The position numbers and the translations under genes were made by a program. The notes below the pieces were generated by a model. It was not told the origin of the DNA. It did not search any database and saw only the letters and a program-made list of their open reading frames with translations. This document shows positions 58,832-64,000 of a stretch of 64,000 bases of DNA, piece by piece (position 1 is the stretch's first letter; each line of letters begins with the position of its first letter). This DNA comes from an uncultured Bacteroidales bacterium (GTDB taxonomy: Bacteria; Bacteroidota; Bacteroidia; Bacteroidales; UBA932), in assembly GCA_900319975.1 (NCBI GenBank), contig ONQP01000003.1, forward strand, positions 13,257-77,256, given 5' to 3'.

Positions 58832-61014
58832 ATTTTCTTGAAACTGATGGCAAAGCCGCCGCCCGGCGCCATGGTGACGGGGAGCTCGACGCCCGGCGTC
58901 ACGGCGATCCGGCGGATCTCATAGGCCTGCGGATTCTTCTTGAAATGTGCGTCAGCCGCGTCGGCATAGACCGTGGCCTCGTAGTTGCCCGGCTCCAGGA
59001 AGTCCAGCTTCAGGGTGAAGCTGCGCTCCTGTCCGTCGGTCACGCCGCCGCAGAACCACTGGCCCGTGCCCTTGGCCTTGCGGGCCACGATGACGTACTC
59101 CATCGGCTCGGCTTCCAGGTAACGGCTCTCGCTCCAGTCCACGGCCACGTCCTGGATGAACTGGAACGCGTCCATGAAGCGGCTGTAGTGCTCCGGCGTG
59201 TCGGCCGCCATCTGCAGCGGGGAATACATCGTCAGATACAGGCCCAGCTGCCCGCAGATGGTCGAATTGACATACGAACCGTTGCCGCACCACGCCTCGA
59301 GGTTCTGCTCGAAGATGCCCGGCGTGTAGTCCATCGGACCGCCGTTGAGCCGGGTGAAGGGAAGGATCGCCGTATGGCCCGGGGTGATGCCGCCGAAGGC
59401 CTGGTATTCCGTGCCCATCGCGGACTCGTTGCCGATCAGGTTGGGATAGGTGCGGCAGAGGCCGGTCGGGCGCACCGCCTCGTGGGCGTTGACCATGATG
59501 TGGTGCTTCGCGGCCTCCTTGACGCAATAGAGATAGTGGTTGATCATCCACTGGCTGTAGTGGTGCAGGCCCTGCGGGAGGATGTCGCCCACGTAGCCGG
59601 ACTTGACGGCGTCATAGCCGTATTTGTTCATCAGCGTGTAGGCGTCCTCCAGGTAGCGCTCGTAGTTGCGGATGCTGGAAGAGGTCTCGTGGTGCATCAC
59701 CAGGCGGATGCCCTTCTTGTGTGCATAGGCGTTGAGGCCCTCCAGGTCGAAGTCGGGATACGGCGTCTGGAAGTCGAAGACGTGGTCCTTGTTGCAGTTG
59801 GCCCACTCTTCCCAGCCGATGTTCCAGCCCTCCACGAGCACCGCGTCGAAGCCGTGCGCCGCCGCGAAGTCGATGCATTCGCGGACGTGCGCGGAGTTGG
59901 CGCTGTGGCGCCCGTTGGGCTGCGCGGCGGCATAGTCGAACGTGTCGATGTCGATGCCGGCGGCGTCCGTGTAGGCCCAGGAGCCCGCTCCGGCGATCAT
60001 CTCCCACCACACGCCCATATACTTGACGGGATGGATCCAGCTCACGTCCTCCAGCGCGCAGGGCTCGTTGAGGTTGAGCACCAGGCGCGAGGCCAGCTGC
60101 TCCGTGGCGCTGGCGGCCACCTGGATGGTGCGCCAGGGCGTCTTGGCGGGGGCGGTCAGGTTGCCCTTCCAGCCCTCGGCGTCCGGGGTCAGCCAGGCGC
60201 GCAGCGCGTGGCGCCTGCCGTCCACGAGCAGGTGCATGCAGGGATAATCGGTCAGCGCGGCTTCGTGGATGTTGACATAGAGCCCGCCGGGGGTCTTCAT
60301 CTGCAGCGAGGTCTGCACGCCGGACGTGCTGAAGGGCGTCCGGCTGCTGTTGTCGCGCATCTTGTCGAAGAAATGGCGGCTCACGCCGGAGAGCTTCGTG
60401 CAATTGTATTCATACTCCTGGGTGTCGTAGTCGCCGGGGATCCACCACGCGGTGCAGTCGTCCGCCATCGCGAACTCGGTGAGCTCCTCGCGGATCACGA
60501 AATGCACCAGCGGCTGTCCTTCGGGGAATTCGTAGCGGAAGCCGAGGCCGTCGTCGAACAGGCGGAAGCGGATGTCCAGCAGGCGCCCGCTCTCCGGCTG
60601 CTTCAGGTGGACCAGCAGCTCGTTGTAGTGGTTGCGGATCTGCGACTCCTCGCCCCAGACCGGCTCCCAGACTTCGTCGAAGGTGTCCGTCTCCAGGCCG
60701 GTCATCTGGAAATCGCGGTCAAAAGCGATCTCCGGCTTGGTGTCGCGCCGGGCGATGGAGCCGTCGAGGCCCAGCCTCAGGTCTTCCGCCTTGATGGTGC
60801 CGCGCAGGGCGAAGCCCAGGCGGCTGGGCAGCACGACGGGCACGTCCTCGCGCCAGAGCGCGTAGCACGGCGTGCCGTCGGGCGTCATGGAGAACTCCAT
60901 CCGGAGCTTGCTGTCCGGCGAGAGGAGGTTGGCTTTCGGCTCCGGTCTGAGCTCCGGAGAAGCGGTGCACGCGGCCAGGGTGACCGCTGCCAGTATGATC
61001 GATGCTATTTTCAT
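58828..61014 (-). CDS. susB: GH97 alpha-glucosidase (SusB-like)
   Basis: SPD, TPWR, KYMGVWWEM, EGWN.GW, HHET, NAHE, GNES, GPMDYTPG, SPLQMAAD. Confidence 0.93.
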   Translation of the reverse strand: MKIASIILAAVTLAACTASPELRPEPKANLLSPDSKLRMEFSMTPDGTPCYALWREDVPVVLPSRLGFALRGTIKAEDLRLGLDGSIARRDTKPEIAFDRDFQMTGLETDTFDEVWEPVWGEESQIRNHYNELLVHLKQPESGRLLDIRFRLFDDGLGFRYEFPEGQPLVHFVIREELTEFAMADDCTAWWIPGDYDTQEYEYNCTKLSGVSRHFFDKMRDNSSRTPFSTSGVQTSLQMKTPGGLYVNIHEAALTDYPCMHLLVDGRRHALRAWLTPDAEGWKGNLTAPAKTPWRTIQVAASATEQLASRLVLNLNEPCALEDVSWIHPVKYMGVWWEMIAGAGSWAYTDAAGIDIDTFDYAAAQPNGRHSANSAHVRECIDFAAAHGFDAVLVEGWNIGWEEWANCNKDHVFDFQTPYPDFDLEGLNAYAHKKGIRLVMHHETSSSIRNYERYLEDAYTLMNKYGYDAVKSGYVGDILPQGLHHYSQWMINHYLYCVKEAAKHHIMVNAHEAVRPTGLCRTYPNLIGNESAMGTEYQAFGGITPGHTAILPFTRLNGGPMDYTPGIFEQNLEAWCGNGSYVNSTICGQLGLYLTMYSPLQMAADTPEHYSRFMDAFQFIQDVAVDWSESRYLEAEPMEYVIVARKAKGTGQWFCGGVTDGQERSFTLKLDFLEPGNYEATVYADAADAHFKKNPQAYEIRRIAVTPGVELPVTMAPGGGFAISFKKI

Positions 61015-61015
61015 T

Positions 61016-64000
61016 TTATTTGAATTCTACGACCAGCGCGGAGCGGCCCGCCACGGTCTTGGCGTCAAAGGTAACATATTCTTCCGTGAAGATGTCGCGT
61101 CCGGGGCCCGCAAGCGTCTCCGTGACCTCCTTGTAGTCGCTCCAGGGCACCTGGCGCGGTTCGGGGTTGTTGTTGAGATACACGAACACGGTCTCGCCGC
61201 CCTCCGCGATGCGCCAGTAGGCGTAGGTGTTGTCGCGGCTGATGAAATGCAGCGTGCGGCCGTGCCGGACGGCCTCCGAGGTCTGCCGCCAGCGCAGCAG
61301 CGTGCGGACGTAGTCGTGCAGGTCCTTCTGCACGGGGTCCTGCTCCCAGCCGAGCGGGAACTCGACGCGCAGGCCGCCGTGGCCCTGGGCGCGGTCGCGC
61401 GAGACGACCATCAGCTCGTCGCCCGCGAAGATCTGCGGATAGCCGCGCACGGTGGCCATCAGCGCCATCACGAGCTTCATCTTGGCGGGGTCGCGGCCCA
61501 CCACGTCGCCGATGCGGTCGGTGTCGTGGTTGCCCGGGAAGACCATCATGTTCTGCGGATCCTGGAAATAGAAATCGTTGGCGATGGAGTCATACCACCT
61601 CGTGGCGCCCTCGTCCCAGCTCTCGCGGTCGGCGTTGATGCCGTTGCAGACGGCGGACTGCAGGCAGAAGTCCATGATGGACGGGAGGTTGGAGTTGAAG
61701 CCGTCCTTGTTGGGGTTGCCGGCTTGCCAGTAGGCCACCTGCGGCACGTTGGTCGACCAGACCTCGCCCACGATGTTGAGCTGCGGGTACTCCTTGCGGA
61801 CGCCGGCGCACCACTGCGCCATCGGCTCCTTCTCGTTGTAGGGATAGGTGTCCACGCGGAAGCCGTCCAGGTCGGCCCACTCGGTCCACCACACGGCCCA
61901 CTGCCGGAAATACTGCAGCAGGTAGGGGTTGTCCAGGTTCATGTCCACCATCGAGGTGTCGAACCAGCCGCCGACCATGTTCTCGCGGTCGTGCTCCGAG
62001 CAATAGGGGTCGTTCTGCGCGGAGAACGCGCAGTTGGAATGCGTATAGGAAGGCCACTGGTGCACCCAGTCGGCGAACGGAAGGTCTTCCATCCACCAGT
62101 GCCTGTCTCCGCAGTGGTTGGTCACCACGTCCATGATGACCTTGAGGCCGCGGCGGTGCGCCTCGCGCACGAATTCGCGGTATTTGTCGTTGCTGCCGAA
62201 GCGCGGGTCGATGCGGTAGTAGTCCGTGCAGGCGTAGCCGTGGTAGGACGCAGACGGCTCGTCGTCTTCGAGCAGCGGGGTGTTCCAGATGGCGGTGAAG
62301 CCCAGGTCGGCGATGTAGTCGAGCTGGTCCTCGATGCCCTGGATGTCGCCGCCGTGGCGGCCGAAGAAGGCTTTATAATCGGCTTTCTCCTCCGTGTCGG
62401 CCGTGCTGTCGTTGGCGGGGTCGCCGTTGACGAAACGGTCCGGCATGATCAGGTAGACGGCGTCGTCGGGGCCGAAGCTCCCGCGCTGCGCGGAGCCTTC
62501 CCGGCGCGCGCCGACGCTGTACGGCACGCTGAAAGAGTCGTCGCCGCGCGAGAACACGAGCCGGCAGGTGCCGGGCTGCGTCCCGGGCGCGACGGACACG
62601 TCCACGAAGAGGTAGTTGGGGCTCTCCGCCGCGTGCGTGCCGTTCACGCGCACGCCCGGCAGGCCCTCCGCCCGGACCGTGTAGCCGCCGATCTCCGGGC
62701 CCTGCACGAGCAGCTGGAGAGGCGTCTCCATGCCCACCCACCAGCAGGGCGGCTCGACGCGGCTCACGCGGTCGGCGTCCGTGGTGATGCTCCAGGTCCA
62801 GGGGGCCTTGAGCAGCACGCTCACGGTCACGCAGTCGTCGTCGGCGCGGCGCTCATAGACCACGCGGCCGTCGTCCCAGGACAGGAGCTTGAAGGCGCCG
62901 TGGCCGGCAATCATCGCCGGATGCTGCGCACGCAGGCGCGCCAGATAGCGGTAGAAGTCCGTGGCGGCGTTGGTCTTCAGGGCGGGGATATGGTCTTTCT
63001 CGAAGAATTCGAAACGGTGGTCGTAGCCGACCTCCTGGCCCGTATAGATGAGCGGCTGCATCATCGGCAGGGTCCATGCGAGCACGGTCATCGCCTGCCA
63101 CGCATCGCCCATCCGCTCGAACTCCGTCCCGCTCCACGAGTTCTCGTCGTGGTTGGAGGTGAAGCCCAGGCGGCGGACGCCGGCGGGGAAGGTGCTGTCG
63201 TTCCACTGCAGGTAGCGCACGAGGCTGTCCGCGTCGGCCTTGCCCTGGGCGAGGTCGTTCAGCAGGTGGTGCAGCTTCCAGGCGTAGGTGGTGTTGAAGC
63301 CGGCGTCATGCAGCCAGGCCTCCTCGCCCTCGGCGAGGAAATAGAGCGGGCGCGCGAATTCCTGGCGGAATTTCGGCAGCACCGCCGCCCAGAAGTCCTG
63401 CGGCACCTGGTAGGCCACGTCGCAGCGGAAGCCGTCCACGCCGCGCTCCAGCCAGAAGCGCATCGATTTCTCCATCTCGGCGCGCATCTCGGCGCAGCCG
63501 TAGTTGAGCTTTGCGATGTCGGTCCAGTCGTATTCAACGATCGTATTGCCCTGCTCATCACGCACATACCACTCGGCGGGCTTCTCGCTCACCCACGGAT
63601 GGTCGGGCGAGGTGTGGTTGGCCACCCAGTCCAGGATGACCTTGAATCCCTGCCCGTGGGCCGTGGCGAGGAAATGGTCGAAGTCGGCCAGCGTGCCGAA
63701 CTCCGGATTGATGTCGCAGTAGTCCCGGATGGCGTAGTAGGAGCCCAGGGTGCCCTTGCGGCCCTTCTCCCCGATGGGATAGGGCGGCATCACCCAGATG
63801 ATGTCCACGCCCAGCTCCTTCAGCAGGGGCAGGTGCTCCTCCGCCGCGGCGAAAGTGCCTTCCGGCGTGAGCTGGCGGACGTTGAGTTCATAAACGGTCC
63901 CGTCGCTCACCCAGGCGTCGGAGACGGCCTGCTGCGCGGGTTTCTGCGTGCAGGCGACCGCCAGCACGCTCAGGGTCAATATCGAAAGTAGTTTTTTCAT
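61016..64000 (-). CDS. Lipoprotein with two GH13 catalytic domains (alpha-amylase-like plus SusA/cyclomaltodextrinase-like)
   Basis: Lipobox AVAC; domain 1 GFRCDVA / LAEGE / NHDEN; domain 2 VEPPCWW, YLIMPDRF, GFRVDT / VGEVW / NHDT. Confidence 0.92.
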   Translation of the reverse strand: MKKLLSILTLSVLAVACTQKPAQQAVSDAWVSDGTVYELNVRQLTPEGTFAAAEEHLPLLKELGVDIIWVMPPYPIGEKGRKGTLGSYYAIRDYCDINPEFGTLADFDHFLATAHGQGFKVILDWVANHTSPDHPWVSEKPAEWYVRDEQGNTIVEYDWTDIAKLNYGCAEMRAEMEKSMRFWLERGVDGFRCDVAYQVPQDFWAAVLPKFRQEFARPLYFLAEGEEAWLHDAGFNTTYAWKLHHLLNDLAQGKADADSLVRYLQWNDSTFPAGVRRLGFTSNHDENSWSGTEFERMGDAWQAMTVLAWTLPMMQPLIYTGQEVGYDHRFEFFEKDHIPALKTNAATDFYRYLARLRAQHPAMIAGHGAFKLLSWDDGRVVYERRADDDCVTVSVLLKAPWTWSITTDADRVSRVEPPCWWVGMETPLQLLVQGPEIGGYTVRAEGLPGVRVNGTHAAESPNYLFVDVSVAPGTQPGTCRLVFSRGDDSFSVPYSVGARREGSAQRGSFGPDDAVYLIMPDRFVNGDPANDSTADTEEKADYKAFFGRHGGDIQGIEDQLDYIADLGFTAIWNTPLLEDDEPSASYHGYACTDYYRIDPRFGSNDKYREFVREAHRRGLKVIMDVVTNHCGDRHWWMEDLPFADWVHQWPSYTHSNCAFSAQNDPYCSEHDRENMVGGWFDTSMVDMNLDNPYLLQYFRQWAVWWTEWADLDGFRVDTYPYNEKEPMAQWCAGVRKEYPQLNIVGEVWSTNVPQVAYWQAGNPNKDGFNSNLPSIMDFCLQSAVCNGINADRESWDEGATRWYDSIANDFYFQDPQNMMVFPGNHDTDRIGDVVGRDPAKMKLVMALMATVRGYPQIFAGDELMVVSRDRAQGHGGLRVEFPLGWEQDPVQKDLHDYVRTLLRWRQTSEAVRHGRTLHFISRDNTYAYWRIAEGGETVFVYLNNNPEPRQVPWSDYKEVTETLAGPGRDIFTEEYVTFDAKTVAGRSALVVEFK

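Noticed and set aside
1876-63991. Very long antisense or alternate-frame ORFs (e.g. 8493-10937, 33399-36794, 43460-46798, 45514-48357, 49174-52392, 60872-63991)
   Set aside because: Shadow ORFs caused by strong G/C third-position bias of the real genes; no family motifs and biased composition.

Overview
GC-rich chromosomal segment of a Bacteroidales bacterium (TAnnTTTG '-7' promoters, SusC/SusD pair, hybrid two-component system); it reads like a gut or rumen metagenome-assembled genome. Bases 1-28.8 kb and 48.5-56.9 kb are housekeeping: galK, ppiD-like, lptC, coaX, mfd, ruvB, sdhA/B, hflX, tonB, ybeY, mnmG, ruvA, sufS/E/T, folK, glyQS, thiL-like, dnaE, secDF, floA/nfeD. Bases 28.9-48.5 kb are a probable acetylated beta-mannan utilisation locus, and 57-64 kb is an alpha-glucan cluster (tandem GH13, GH97, GH77). 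Most notable: (1) a signal-peptide-bearing cellobiose 2-epimerase fused to a GH30-like hydrolase, in a mannan PUL with no GH130; (2) a ThiL homologue lacking its Mg/ATP-binding aspartates; (3) a triple TCGGACA repeat at identical spacing in both PUL promoters flanking the HTCS; (4) a candidate oriC with non-canonical DnaA-like boxes between mfd and ruvB, plus a parS site inside mnmG; (5) a two-catalytic-domain GH13 lipoprotein. Three short frame-breaking deletions (two in sdhA, one in glyQS) are most likely assembly artefacts. No rRNA, tRNA, CRISPR array or mobile element was recognised. Family assignments come from motif recognition by eye, not database searches.
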